Source: Eledone cirrhosa (lineage: Eukaryota). From it: 64,000 bases of DNA. A program made the position numbers and the translations under genes. The notes under the pieces were generated by a model. The model made no database searches and was not told where the DNA came from. It saw only the letters and a program-made list of their open reading frames with translations. Below, piece by piece: positions 39,549 through 51,399 of this stretch. Each line of letters begins with the position of its first letter. Position 1 is the first letter of the stretch. The DNA is taken from contig OZ024740.1 in the NCBI GenBank assembly GCA_964016885.1, forward strand, positions 308,636,001-308,700,000, read 5' to 3'.

Positions 39549-40185
39549 TGGTGTAGGTGGTGGTGATGGTGGTGGGAGTGGTGGTGGTGTTACTGGTGTT
39601 GGTAATGGTGGTAGTGGTGCTGGTGGAGTTGGTTGTACTGGTGGTGTTAGTGGTGCTGGTGGTGGAGATGCTGATAGTGGTGGTGGTACTGGTGTTGGTA
39701 ATGGTGGTAGTGGTGCTGGTGGAGTTGGTTGTACTGGTGGTGTTAGTGGTGGTGGTGGTGGAGATGCTGATAGTGGTGGTGGTGGTGGTACTGGTGTTGG
39801 TAATGGTGGTAGTGGTGCTGGTGGAGTTGGTTGTACTGGTGGTGTTAGTGGTGCTGGTGGTGGAGATGCTGATAGTGGTGGTGGTGGTGGTACTGGTGTT
39901 GGTAATGGTGGTAGTGGTGCTGGTGGAGTTGGTTGTACTGGTGGTGTTAGTGGTGGTGGTGTTAGTGGTGGAGATGCTGATAGTGGAGGTGGTGGTGGTG
40001 GTGGTGCTACTGTTGTTGGTAATGGTGGTAGTGGTGCTGGTGGAGTTGGTTGTACTGGTGGTGTTAGTGGTGGAGGTGGTGGTGGTGGAGATGCTGATAG
40101 TGGAGGTGGTGGTGGTAATGGTGGTAGTGGTGGAGATGCTGATAGTGGAGGTGGTGGTGGTGATGGTGGTACTGTTGCTGGTGCT
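39549..40185. repeat. GGT-based minisatellite of about 100-130-bp units
   Basis: ggtaatggtggtagtggtgctggtggagttggttgtactggtggtgttagt recurs 5 times, with variable (GGT)n between copies. Confidence 0.9.
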
Positions 40186-40367
40186 TGAGAAGGTTCATCA
40201 GATTTTTCTTTCTCTTCAGCATTGAAATTGGGGATAGGTGAAGTAAGGAGATAAAAAATATTTCCTGAATTTTGCCTAATGATAGTGAGGATAGTGATGA
40301 TGATAAACAATGGTGATAATGATGACGATAATATTGATGGCGGGGATAATAATGATGGTTGTGACGG

Positions 40368-40548
40368 TAATAATTGTTTCTACTTTTTGGCACAAGGCCA
40401 ACAATTACCCAGTACATTACTGGTACTTTATTTTATCGACCCCGTAAGGATGAAAGGCAAAGTTAACCTCGGCGGGATTTGAAATCAGACTGTAAAGGGA
40501 TGTAACTATGCTGGAAAGCATGTCTGACCCTCTACCAATACTGCCAAT
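40368..40548 (-). mobile_element. Family-A SINE
   Basis: Near-complete match to the other copies. Confidence 0.85.
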
Positions 40549-40552
40549 TATC

Positions 40553-40985
40553 CAGTACACACTGTAAAGTGGTTGTGTAGGTGTCACAATAAAAAGTACC
40601 CAGCACATAATGTAAAGTCGTTTTGATGCCATGACAAATACCACCCAGTCCACACTGTAAAGTGGTCGTTTTGATGCCATGACAAATACCACCCAGCTCA
40701 CACTGCAAAGTGGTCATGTAGGTGTCACAACAAAAAGCACCCAGCCATTACTGTAAAGTGGTTGTGTTGGTATTACAACAAAAAGCACCCAGTACACACT
40801 GTAAATGTAGTTGGTGTTAGGAAAGGCATCCAGTCGTAGAAACCAAGCCAGACACAGTTCTGTATAAGCAAGACACGGTCACCTGATCCGACTTGCCACA
40901 AATGGGACAGCCCGTCTAACCTATGCTAGCATGGAAAATAAACGTTAAATGATAATGATAATAATGATGATGATGATGTTGATGA
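40553..40985 (+). mobile_element. Family-B SINE with about 5 VNTR units, head-to-head with the family-A SINE
   Basis: cacactgtaaagtgg units, ggtgttaggaaaggcatccag and (GAT)n tail. Confidence 0.8.
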
Positions 40986-41129
40986 TCATGAATGTTTTTT
41001 GGAATTGGCAATGATATAGAAATTGTTGTTTGCATCTACTGAATACTAAGCTCTTTACTGACCCCATATATTGACTGCAATACTTAACTGGTACTTTATT
41101 TTATCAATTATCCCCCAATCCTTTAATTC

Positions 41130-41252
41130 AATGGCCATCTCTCACAGTCATTTCAGATTGTGTGCTCAGTTTGTCTGGGATATCCTTTCTCACCTCTTCT
41201 GTATGTGCTGGTTCTTGAGCCAATGCTGCAGAATCTAGAGCTAATGAAGGGC
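41130..41252 (+). mobile_element. Inverted piece of the adjacent L1/Tx1 RT (domain 4)
   Basis: NGHLSQSFQIVCSVCLGYPFSPLLYVLVLEPMLQNLE resembles the NG..S..F....VRQGCPLSPLLY.L.LEP motif. Confidence 0.75.
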
Positions 41253-41254
41253 AC

Positions 41255-41990
41255 AATGGGATGCTTTAAGGACACCCACCAAGTAACAATGGTCTATTCT
41301 ATCAAACGTTTTTGATCAAATCCCCATTGGATCCAGGTTTACCCCCAACTCTCTCTATGATATATTGCATAAGGTGGAGTTTGTCATGGATAGATCTATT
41401 TGGGACCACATATGTTTGCACTTCCCCAACTAAACTCACAACAACAAACACCAACCTCTTTGCTATTACCTTGACCAAAATCTTAAACTTTACATTCAGA
41501 AAATTTATGAGCCAGAAATTATCCATTATGTCTCCTTTGTTCACATCCTTCCTTAGCAGTACTACCACCCCCCTACAGAATTGAGAGTTCTCCAGTTCTG
41601 CTGTCAGTTGGTCAACCAAGATGTCGTCGAACAAGTCTGGCACATACCTGTAAAACTCATAGGGTAGACCATCCAAACCTGGCAATCTGTATCTTGCACA
41701 ACCACTCATCACCTCCCATTCCTCAGCTGCCATTATCACATTATCACACATCTCTCACCAAGAGTCACACCTGGCCATTGATGTTGACACTAAAGTCCAC
41801 CACTGTCTCTGACATATTGCTTGTCTCAAACAGTTGAGCCAAACACTGCTGGAAAGCTGTGCATATTTACCAATTGTTGAGCACCTCCTGCCCTTCCGGG
41901 TCTGTCAGAGACCAAGTTGTGGCTATTTTGCTACATCACACCTCTATCACTTTCATTCATTCATGTTTTAGAGCATGTGCCTTAGGTCAA
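41255..41990 (-). mobile_element. L1/Tx1-clade LINE RT fragment
   Basis: PGLDGLPYEFY, GVVVLLRKD, NFLNVKFKILVKVIAKRL, QTYVVPNRSIHD, KTFDRIDH. Confidence 0.85.
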
Positions 41991-42024
41991 GGGTCATTCT
42001 TACTAACATGTCAATCTAATAACA

Positions 42025-42582
42025 TTAATAATAATAACGATTTCTGATTTAGGCACAAGGCCAACAATTTTGGGGAATGAGAAAGTCAGTTAAATCAACC
42101 CCAATGCATTACTGGTACTTTATTTCATAAACCCCATAAGGATGAAAGGCAAAGCTACCTCAGCAGGATTTGAACTCAGAGTGTAAAGGGCCATAGCTCT
42201 ATGTCATAAAGCATGTTGTCCGATGCTCCACCGATACTTCCAATCCACCACCCTTTAGTAATAATATTAATAATGTTTCTACTTTTGGCACAAGGCCAGC
42301 AATTACCCCAGCGCATTACTGGCACTAATAATAATGGTTTCTACTTTTGGCACAAGGCCAGCAATTACCCCAGCGCATTACTGGCACTAATAATAATGGT
42401 TTCTACTTTTGGCACAAGGCCAGCAATTAACCAGTACATTACTGGTACTTTATTTTATCGACCCCGTAAGGATGAAAGGCAAAGTTAACCTCGGCGGGAT
42501 TTGAACTCAGATCATAAAGGGAGGTAACTATGCTGGAAAGCATGGCGCCCGACTCTCTACCGATACTGCCATTCCACCACCC
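42025..42582 (-). mobile_element. Two tandem family-A SINEs; the second has a triplicated 62-bp tail segment
   Basis: ggcacaaggcc at 42287, 42349 and 42411; B-boxes at about 42170 and 42500. Confidence 0.85.
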
Positions 42583-42661
42583 TTGGCACTAATAATAATG
42601 GTTTCTGATTTAGTAATAATGATAAAAATACAACCTCTACGATTAAAGTAAAATGTCTTAC

Positions 42662-42721
42662 TACTAACATTGCTATTCTTTGAGAATGTTGTTGTTTATT
42701 ATTTATTTTCTTGTGTTACAG
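42662..42721 (+). promoter_or_regulatory. Candidate branch point (TACTAAC), polypyrimidine tract and 3' splice site of the ASAP exon
   Basis: Perfect TACTAAC about 55 nt upstream of a T-rich tract ending in CAG. One intervening AG (tgag, about 42683) weakens the branch-point assignment. Confidence 0.55.
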
Positions 42722-42808
42722 TGCATGTATCAAATGAGGCTTATTTGGCTGAGAACCTCGAGAGGTTGAGTAAGAATGCCAGTACACGGGACCAAGAAGA
42801 AGAAATTG
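42722..42808 (+). CDS. ASAP1: Internal coding exon (87 nt, phase 1-1) of an ASAP-family ArfGAP (BAR-PH-ArfGAP-ankyrin-SH3), N-terminal BAR domain
   Basis: Acceptor ttatttattttcttgtgttacag (AG ends 42721), donor G|gtaatg (42809), TACTAAC at 42662-42668. Translation xHVSNEAYLAENLERLSKNASTRDQEEEIG resembles the recalled Drosophila Asap HVDNEMFMVRALERLGGKVIEQDEPDIG and human ASAP1 HVQNEENYAQVLDKFGSNFLSRDNPDLG. Read-through past the donor hits TAG after about 11 codons. The ASAP1/2/3 paralogue cannot be resolved. Confidence 0.8.
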
Positions 42809-43105
42809 GTAATGTATTATTGATATTATCCTCAGTGTTGTAGAACAGTCTGGTGTTGGTAGACATTCTTTATTTTTTGCAGGCATTGGTCTTTAATAGA
42901 TACTTCAGAGTTAGTAGTCATCTTGGTGTTGGGAGACACTTTGCTGTCGGCAGACATCTCAGAGGTGCAGATATTTCATCAGAAGAAATTTTAATTAGTA
43001 CCAAAATTGGTAGACTTTTATTATGGAAAACACACTTGTTGATATACAGAGATCAGTGTTGGTAGGTCATTGTCAGTAGTAGGCAGTCTAGTGTAGGTAG
43101 ATTAA

Positions 43106-43576
43106 CCCTTTAGCATTTAAACCAGCCGTATCCAGCCAGAATTCTCTCACCTCTTTCTGTTCACACCAGCTGTAACTGGTCGCTCATACTGATGTCAAGG
43201 TATTATTCTCAAAATACAGGGTGACCATAAAAACACTCCTTGATTTCAAATATGGATATGCTGCATAGAGACGGGACCGAGCTTGATTATCACATTGATG
43301 TTTGCCGAACAACAAAAGGGGCCACACATCGAGTGTCTATGATATCAACCAATACCACATGAAACTTTGTTAGTTTATACAACTGTAGCCACCAATATTG
43401 TAAGAATAATCATTTAAGTTTTCATATTATAAGTATTTGAAATGGAATGTTTTTGTGGTCACCTTGTAGATAATATCAACATCTCATAGATTCGATATTA
43501 TGAGAAAATTATGTGAGGTAAAGCTTTTACCCTGAAAATACAATAGTAAATGTAGAATAATGCAAATACTAAAAGG
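43106..43576 (+). mobile_element. piggyBac-like MITE with TTAA TSDs, interrupted by a mariner derivative
   Basis: TTAA at 43102-43105 and 43577-43580; termini ccctttagcattt / aaatactaaaagg. Confidence 0.85.
43217..43466 (+). mobile_element. Tc1/mariner internal-deletion derivative, TA TSD
   Basis: TIRs cagggtgaccataaaaaca / tgtttttgtggtcaccttg; internal DMLHRDGTELDYHIDVCRTTKG resembles a transposase C-terminus. The empty site is visible in the 24729 copy. Confidence 0.9.
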
Positions 43577-44788
43577 TTAATCTTGTTTATAGACAATCCA
43601 GTGTTGTAATGTAATAATATTCCATCACTGTAATATTATCTATGGAAAGACTCTGTTGTTTTGGAAGAATGTGTTGAGGAATGAATGACATTAGGAAATG
43701 GAATGTTGGTGTATTGGGGGAATGCACATAAGATAGGAAACTCATTAAAGTGGCTGTCCTTAGAATGGAGGACTGGGCATGGTTTGATAAGAACAAGGGT
43801 TTAACAATTTCATTGCTGTGTGTTTTTCAATTAATTCTGAAAATAATCAAGAATTTGGAAGAATTTTATAAAATAACTATATTTTCTATAAGTAAGCTGA
43901 GATTTAAAACATTACTTCACAAACATTTCTTAGAACATTACTTCACAAATTAATTCTGAAAATAATCAAGAATTTGGAGGAATGTAATGAAATAGCTGTT
44001 TTTCTAAAATTAAATAAAATTATAATGGAAGATTTTAATATAAGGATAAACATTTTAAAATTAGCAGTATTATATCATAAACTCAGGCTGGTTTCAGGCA
44101 GTTTGGTAGAAACAAGGGTTTAATGGGAGATACATAGTATGTCTATTGATAAAATAGGCTGAGGTTGAAAGTGATAGTAGAAGTAGTATAAAACCTGAAA
44201 AGGTTATATTTAATAGTAGCAACAGAAGCAGAAATAAGACATTACTAATTAATGAATCAATGATTTAAGGATTCTGTAGGAAAGGTTTATTAACCATGCA
44301 AACAGCTTTCCTCTGAGCTGTCACATTGGAGCAAACTTATTCTTCATAATTTAGTGGAAGAGAAGAGAATTGCCACACATTGATGCTTATTTGACTACAG
44401 TGGAAGATCATGGTTTTTTCTTGGGTTCTGTTATGCCCTTCACACTTGATATCCAACTTAAACTTCTGTAGAAAATTCCAGCAGGTTGTGGTTCCAATGA
44501 GGAGGGTTGAAATGTTTAGTACAGGGTCTGTAAAGAATATGACAGTAGGAAATGAGACACATAGGAGGAGAGTCAGGTGTATTGATTAAGCCTGAGCAGT
44601 GATGATAGATATGTGATATACAATCAGTAAATTTGGAATAAATGCGACTGTTGTGTTGGTGATAGGTTTGGAAGTGAACAGCAATAAACTATTAATTCAG
44701 AAGGGGAACTGCTTGTAATAGGGAGTAGAAAATACAGAGTGAATGGGGTGATAGTTATAGATCTATCAGCAATAGACCTCTGCTATAA

Positions 44789-45008
44789 CCCTTTAGCAGT
44801 TACATTACTCTATATTTACTATTATATTTTCACGGTTAAGGCTTTGCCTCACGTAATTATCTCACATAATATCAAATGAATGAGATTTTGATATTATTTA
44901 TTTTGAGATCAATACCTTAACATCAGTATGAGCAGCCGGTTACAGCCAGTTTGAACAGAAAGAGGTGAGAGAATTATGGCCAGATATGGCCGGTTTTAAT
45001 GCTAAAAG
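44789..45008 (-). mobile_element. piggyBac-like MITE, opposite orientation
   Basis: Reverse complement of the 43106 copy without the insert. Confidence 0.8.
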
Positions 45009-45889
45009 ATCTGCCCAAGTAATTTCTTGGACATGGTTGTTGTTTCATGCCACAGATGAAGACCAAAGGTAGATAAGCTGCTCAAAAAAAAAGGAGTAAG
45101 AGAAGTGCTAGCCACTCTTAAATGTACTGTGTACTCTGCACTGCACTAAAACAATAGCAATATCATTCACTTCAATATCACATGGTTGTTACAAATCAGT
45201 GTTTCATTACAGTTCCATAAAACTCTTTATTGCACCAAACAATAATGACAAATTCCTTTTATATCTGAGGCAACACTGCAGAAGCAGACTAAAGAGATAC
45301 TCTTATATATAGTACAAAAACTATAGAAGTAGACAGATATTGATATATAGAGTCAACAGCAACATCAATACTTTTCTTTAAAATAGCCCTCATGTAGAAT
45401 TAAGAGCAGCAGTACCCTTTCTCTGAAAGAGATCTAGTAATATGTATAATAAAATATGTGTTCTCCTAAACATGAACCAGCTATAGCCTTTTCACTAAAG
45501 ACAGCCTCTTTCAGGAATACCAGCATCTTTTTGTAAAGATGGTGCCTAACATATAGAATTAATTGCCTCAACAATATTTCCCCTAAAGGTGGCTTCCTAA
45601 CATGTAAAAACAACAGTTGTAACAAATACTATAAAGACATTTGTTAATACAGTGAGTCAACAGCAACAGCAATCTGTCTTAAATGAACTCTAAGACCCCC
45701 AAAGATGACCTTATAATGATGTGATTTCCCTCATGACCCAAAAGACATATCCCATCTAACTTCCCTACCACTAAAACAGACCAATAACACTTGTGGTTGT
45801 AGATGTAAAGGCTGGCTTCTGTGCATACGTCCAACATACTTTTATTGCATTTGTGCATATATATATATATTTTATATATATATAGATAT

Positions 45890-47025
45890 ATATTTGGTCG
45901 TTTTGGAAGCCTCAACAATGCAGATGGGTAAATCTCCTGGTAACAGAATCCGGTGGTGAAGAGAGAGATATAAGAAGAAATGTAGAATGAGATGTATAGT
46001 GTGTAGAGGAACGTAGGAAAGAGCGTAAAAATAATAACATGAGATAGTTACCTTGGGAGAGATTTAATTGTCCCTATATTTCGGATTTCGCATCCATCAA
46101 CTAGGGGGTTTTCCGAGGGGGAAAGTTATGTCGGAGAGGAACGGTATGTGGCCTCTGTTGTCCGCCATTTGTGTGTAACTGAGATATTCTGTAGAGCGCG
46201 CGTGCGTGGAATAGGTGCGGTCAAGCAAAGGTCGAGGCAGTTCCTCTTTATTGTGGGAGTGGGATGGTGCTTCCTATATATACTACCTATATTCAGTCTT
46301 TGATACTGGCAGTTTTGGTAGTCTGCCTGGTCGCTGGTTGATCGGTGGATAGTGTGGGCGCTATACACACATTAACAATCGTTCGAATGCCACTGTGTGT
46401 GTGTGTGTGCATGTGGTGTTGTTTCGTTTGTTTACACCAGCCACCTCGTCTCGCTTCGCTCGGATCGGTTATTTATTTGTGGCCCTAGGCGTTTGATCCA
46501 AAGTGCTTCCTTGATTCATAACATACCAACATTGCGTTCTGTCACTAGCACTGTGACAATGGGCCTTCCATCTTTGTTTCCGCATTTGGTTATGTGTTTC
46601 CGGAAAGACGAGGCCCTGATGTTGATGTGTTCCTTGATCCGGATATGTAGCAGCCGGATTGTGCTACCAATATAGTAGTGGTTGCACTTGTCACATTCTA
46701 CCCTGTATACAACGTATGTGCTTAAGCAACAGTTTGTTTGGCGCATCGGACAGTTTCTGATGGAACACGCGTCAGTCGATTTTCCGGGTTTCCTGGAGAG
46801 GCATCTCCGTAGGGAGGGGCCTGAGTGGGCTAGGTGGATGCCGAGGCCCTCTCTCTGTTTCGCCCTGCGGATAGCGTTGGTGGTTTTCTTGCCCAGTTGT
46901 GGGATTTTAAGGAAGCACTTGCCTTGGGTGTTTCTCTGCCTTTTGCGTCTGGTGTCTCTTACCCTGTTTGTAAGTGAGGCTGGGTATCCGTTCGTCTCCA
47001 GCACCCTGAGGAACCACTTGGTATG
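45890..47025 (-). mobile_element. Penelope-like retroelement 3' part (GIY-YIG endonuclease + downstream pseudo-LTR region)
   Basis: NGYP..., CSIRNCPM...VVYRVECDKCNHYYIGSTIRLLHIRIKEH...GML*IKEALWIKRLGPQINNR; bounded by (TA)n on both sides. Confidence 0.88.
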
Positions 47026-47054
47026 GGTATATATATATACATATATATATATTT

Positions 47055-47500
47055 GTATGATGCTTGTATACGAATAGCAATGCTACATGGCAGTGAGACA
47101 TGGGCATTATGTGCAGAGGACCTGTGTAGACTGTAAAGGAACGAAGCATGCATGCTCTGTTGGATGTGTAATAGTAATATACGTGAACGACAAAGCATAA
47201 ATGAACTAAGTGAGAAATTAGGAATAAGAGGGATCAGATGCTGTTTACTCGAGAGAAGACTACGTTGGTATGGCCACGTGATGCGCATGAAAGATGACAG
47301 CTGTATAAAAAAGTGCAGGGCGATCAAAATTGATGGTAGTTACGGAGTAGGTAGACCCAGAAAAACCTGGGACGATCTGATAAATTCTGACCTTACACAC
47401 TTGCACCTCTCCAAGACAATGTCACTGGACCGAGATCTTTGGCGCTACGCAGTAATACAGAAGACCCACCTTGCCTATGTACAAAGCAAAACCTACAGTC
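47055..47500 (+). mobile_element. RTE-clade LINE 3' fragment
   Basis: MLHGSETWA..., MLCWMCN...RRLRWYGHVMRM...GRPRKTWDD. Confidence 0.88.
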
Positions 47501-47636
47501 AGTAGGCACCTCTTAACCAAATATACACCCCAATCCACTACCCCTACTCCATCCTCTTACTCCCACCAACACCACCCTTTCTCTATAAAGTTGGTAACAC
47601 AACATCCAGTCAAAATAAATGAGATAATGAGATCGA

Positions 47637-47900
47637 GATCGTGTAGGTGTCACGAGAAAAAACACACAGTCCACGCTGTAATGTGGTCGTGTAGGTAACA
47701 CGGTAAAAAGTTCCCAGTTCCACACTGTAAATGTGGTTGGTGTTAGGAAGGGCATCCAGCCATAGAAAACCTACCAGATAGTCCTATATGAGCGAGACAT
47801 GGTCACCCAACCAACCTTGCCTCAAGTGGGACAACTCCCGTCTAACCCATGCTAGCGTGGAAAATGGACATGACACGAAGATGATAATGATGATGATGAT
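47637..47900 (+). mobile_element. Family-B SINE, 5'-truncated
   Basis: VNTR units, aggaagggcatccagc and (GAT)n tail. Confidence 0.8.
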
Positions 47901-47931
47901 ATATATACATATACACAAACAGTATGTACAC

Positions 47932-48158
47932 GTAACTGATCTCTCGGACTTTAACAAAGTGCTGAGGAGATGAAGTTAATTTAAAGGGTGGTGTACCCAT
48001 GTATGGAAATGCTATAACATATGAGATGAAGATCCTTAAAGGCAGAAAAAGAAGTTGCTATCACCCTGGCAACATCTTTTTCCATCTTTAAAGGTCTTCA
48101 TCTCATTTTATAAGCTATTTTATAGCATCTCCATACATGGACACACCACTCTTTAAAT

Positions 48159-48232
<74 letters not shown>

Positions 48233-48795
48233 AAACTGTGGGAACTCCAAATGCAGAAAATAACTAACAACAGTTGATCACAAAAATAATAGCCTAGAAA
48301 ATCAGGTAATACCTTTAAAGATGGGGGGAAAAAACTGGCCAGGGGCATCTATTGTAAATATCAAACTCCATATCTCTGGAATACTGTGAGTGAATTAACC
48401 TTTATGCTAAGGGTTGATTGACATACACACTCAAAACACAGACACATCAAAAATACCATCTAGACCATTATTATGAATTGTAAGAGCATTATGCTATTTT
48501 TAACCAAGTTAGTTCAATTGAATCATCACTTGTTGAACCCCACCCCCACCTTAACTATTGCACCTTCATAAAGAACATATTTATAAGAAGAAATTTTGAT
48601 AGAGAATTCACATATATTCAAACTGCTCACAGAATTTATGAAAAAAACCTTTTTTAATATCTAATATTTGATAAGATTGTTATACCAATCAAAACTGGTT
48701 ATATTTAATGCAACAATTATAAAATTATTCATTTTGTTAGATTAAAGAAAAAAATAATCTTTAAATATATTCTGTGCCTTTTCACCATTACTTTT

Positions 48796-48882
<87 letters not shown>

Positions 48883-49120
48883 GGAGAGAAAGAGAGAGAG
48901 AGTGAGTGGTGTACTTATGCATGGAGAGGCTATAAAGTAGCTTATAAAATATTGAAGGCCCTTGAAAACGGAAAGCAGCCAATGGCAACTTCTTTTCTGT
49001 CTTTAAGCGTCTTTACTCTATTTTATAACCTATTTTATAGCATCTCCATGCATGAGCACATCGCTCTTTATATTAACTTTATCCCCTCAGTGCTTTGTAA
49101 AAGTCCGAGAGATCAGCTAC
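47932..49120. mobile_element. Unit bounded by about 220-bp inverted repeats that are internally palindromic (foldback-like element, or two inverted MITEs)
   Basis: gtaactgatctctcggacttt (47932) versus aaagtccgagagatcagctac (ends 49120); each arm also folds back on itself. Confidence 0.75.
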
Positions 49121-49149
49121 ATATGTTTGTCTATATATATATTTTTTTT

Positions 49150-50000
49150 TTCATGGGTTGAAGGGGTCATTACCAGCACATCTTCATGTCCTCAGTGACG
49201 TTTAGCATTTTGAAATCCTCTCTTATCACCTCTGCCATGGTTTTTCTTGATTTTCCTCTATTATAGCTTCTTTCAACTGGCATCTCTCAGCACTTTTTAA
49301 CCCAGTGTTCATCAAGCATACCAGTGCAGTCTTCTCTCACGTACATTACATCTGATTTCTCTTATTTCTAGCTTTTCTTTCAATCCATCCATACCCCATT
49401 GATCATGCACACTAACATTACACATCCAATAGAGTATGCTTACTTCATTTCTTTCCAATCTCTTTATATCCTCTGTATTTACTGTCCATGTCATGTTGCC
49501 ATGCAACATAGCACTTTCATGCAGGCATCATACAATCATAGAGAAAATCACTTTGTTGTCGACAAAGATAGTAACTCCCTAAACTTTTTCTGACCTGGTC
49601 TTATTCTAACTACAATACTTTTGAAGCAACCCTCTCTACTGCTATATAGGTCACCTCAGTAACAGAAACTATCAGCTACTTCTATGGTATCTTCCTGAGA
49701 TTGGAAAAGGTATATTTCACTGCTGCTCTTACTGCTCACTATTTCTCTACATCTGCCACATCTAAATTCTATTTTTTCTCTTAGCTTGCCTACAATCCCA
49801 CAACACTTCTTGTGTATACCTTATACTGTGTACATCATATAGCATTCATACCCACTCCTTTTCTATGTATTAAGCACAGCCACTTCTCTGGTGAAATCAG
49901 AGCCTTGTCCACTTTCCTACTAACTAAAACTTTGATCTTTGTTAGGTTTACTTTGAGCCCTTCCTCAGATTTGGCTATAAAAACCATGATATCAGCATAC
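49150..50000 (-). mobile_element. RTE-clade LINE fragment, degenerate
   Basis: MLHGNMTWTVNTEDIKRLERNEVSILYWMCNV...RERRLHWY; upstream GLKVNLTKIKVL-like segment. Confidence 0.8.
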
Positions 50001-51067
50001 ATTAATAAATAAACACTTTTTCAAGAATGAGCAAAATAGAAAAGCTATTTAATAATAATCTTTAACTGTGTTACAACTGTACCACTAATATGAAAAATTT
50101 AATAATAAGTAAACCAAATAAATTAATCAAGACTAACTGCACTTGCTAAATACACATGCATGTCCTCTTAATAAGACATGCAATGCTGACGCAGTTATAA
50201 ATGAGGTAGCAACCATTTCCTCCAAACTAATCCTAAACATCATGTTTAAGCAGAGTATAGTATGGTGAAGGTAAATTTAAACTATTGTACTTCAACCATA
50301 CTTTCTTCTTAAGAAATATAGAAAAGCGTAATGCACAATATGATTCAATTACTTCTAGAATTTGAAATAACATGCTACTGTAGCCAACAGCAAGAGGAAA
50401 ATCTTCAAGAGATTCAGGCTACATACAAATGGTATAAAACCTTGTGAGCTGAAATGAGCCTCATACTCAACCAGCTTAATAAATTCACTGACTATCTAAA
50501 GAACAGATTAGAGATCTTCATCAAATACCACCACTCTCATAAATATGTACTAAAACACTGGAAGATTATACCATAATCTGATAGAACAAATCATCACATA
50601 ACTATTTATCAAGAGCAATCATACTCTGTTTATTTTCTTCTGTTGTTTTAATCCATTATGATACACTCCATGTTTATAGAGTTTCTATCATTTATACAAT
50701 AAATCACTGCTGTCAACTTACTATATCATATAACTACACACTCATTGATATCTTTTATTTAGCAGTTTATTTAAAATACCTTCTACCCTAGTCATACTTT
50801 ATATGTACTTCATTCCCCTTTATTTGTAACCACTCCAATAGAAATAACTCACCCTCAACAATAAATATTGATATGTAAAGTGCCTGTGCCTTTTATCATA
50901 TTTTCTTACTCATGCAATATCAGAAGCTTTTTATAAACAATTTATATGTCACTGACATTCAAGTAAGAGGTTGAGTTTTTATAGTCTGATGATTATCCAA
51001 CACTCTTGGATATGAAACCTCGAGTCGGGATGTATTATCACTTACAGACTACACCAATATATATATA

Positions 51068-51145
51068 CAGGGTGTCCCCAAAAATGTATGCACACTTCAA
51101 CAGCATTCTAATAAATATGTGTATACATTTTGGGGGAATACCCTT
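51068..51145. mobile_element. Minimal Tc1/mariner-type MITE (TIRs only)
   Basis: TA|cagggtgtccccaaaaatgtatgcaca ... tgtgtatacattttgggggaataccctt|TA. Confidence 0.7.
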
Positions 51146-51399
51146 TATATATATATTTCTCTTTACTATGTATTGTGTTTATGTTAACACCATGCAGCAA
51201 ATTAGTAAAGTCAATAGAACATAGTATAAAATGCTTTGCAATATTTGTTCTGGCTTTTTGCATTCTGGGTTCAAATTCCATCAAGGTCAACATTGCCTTT
51301 CATCCTTTGGGGATTGGTAATAAAGTGTCTGTCTGTGGAGATGGCTTGTCAGAATTTGTTTTTCAGAATCTTTTCCTTAATGACAAGACAAAATATAAA

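Noticed and set aside
39460-40310. Overlapping Gly-rich (+), Val-rich (+) and Pro-rich (-) ORFs of 220-260 aa, formin- or extensin-like
   Set aside because: Built from GGT-type triplets that lack stops in several frames at once; no convincing splice or start context. The Pro-rich frame is antisense to the ASAP exon.
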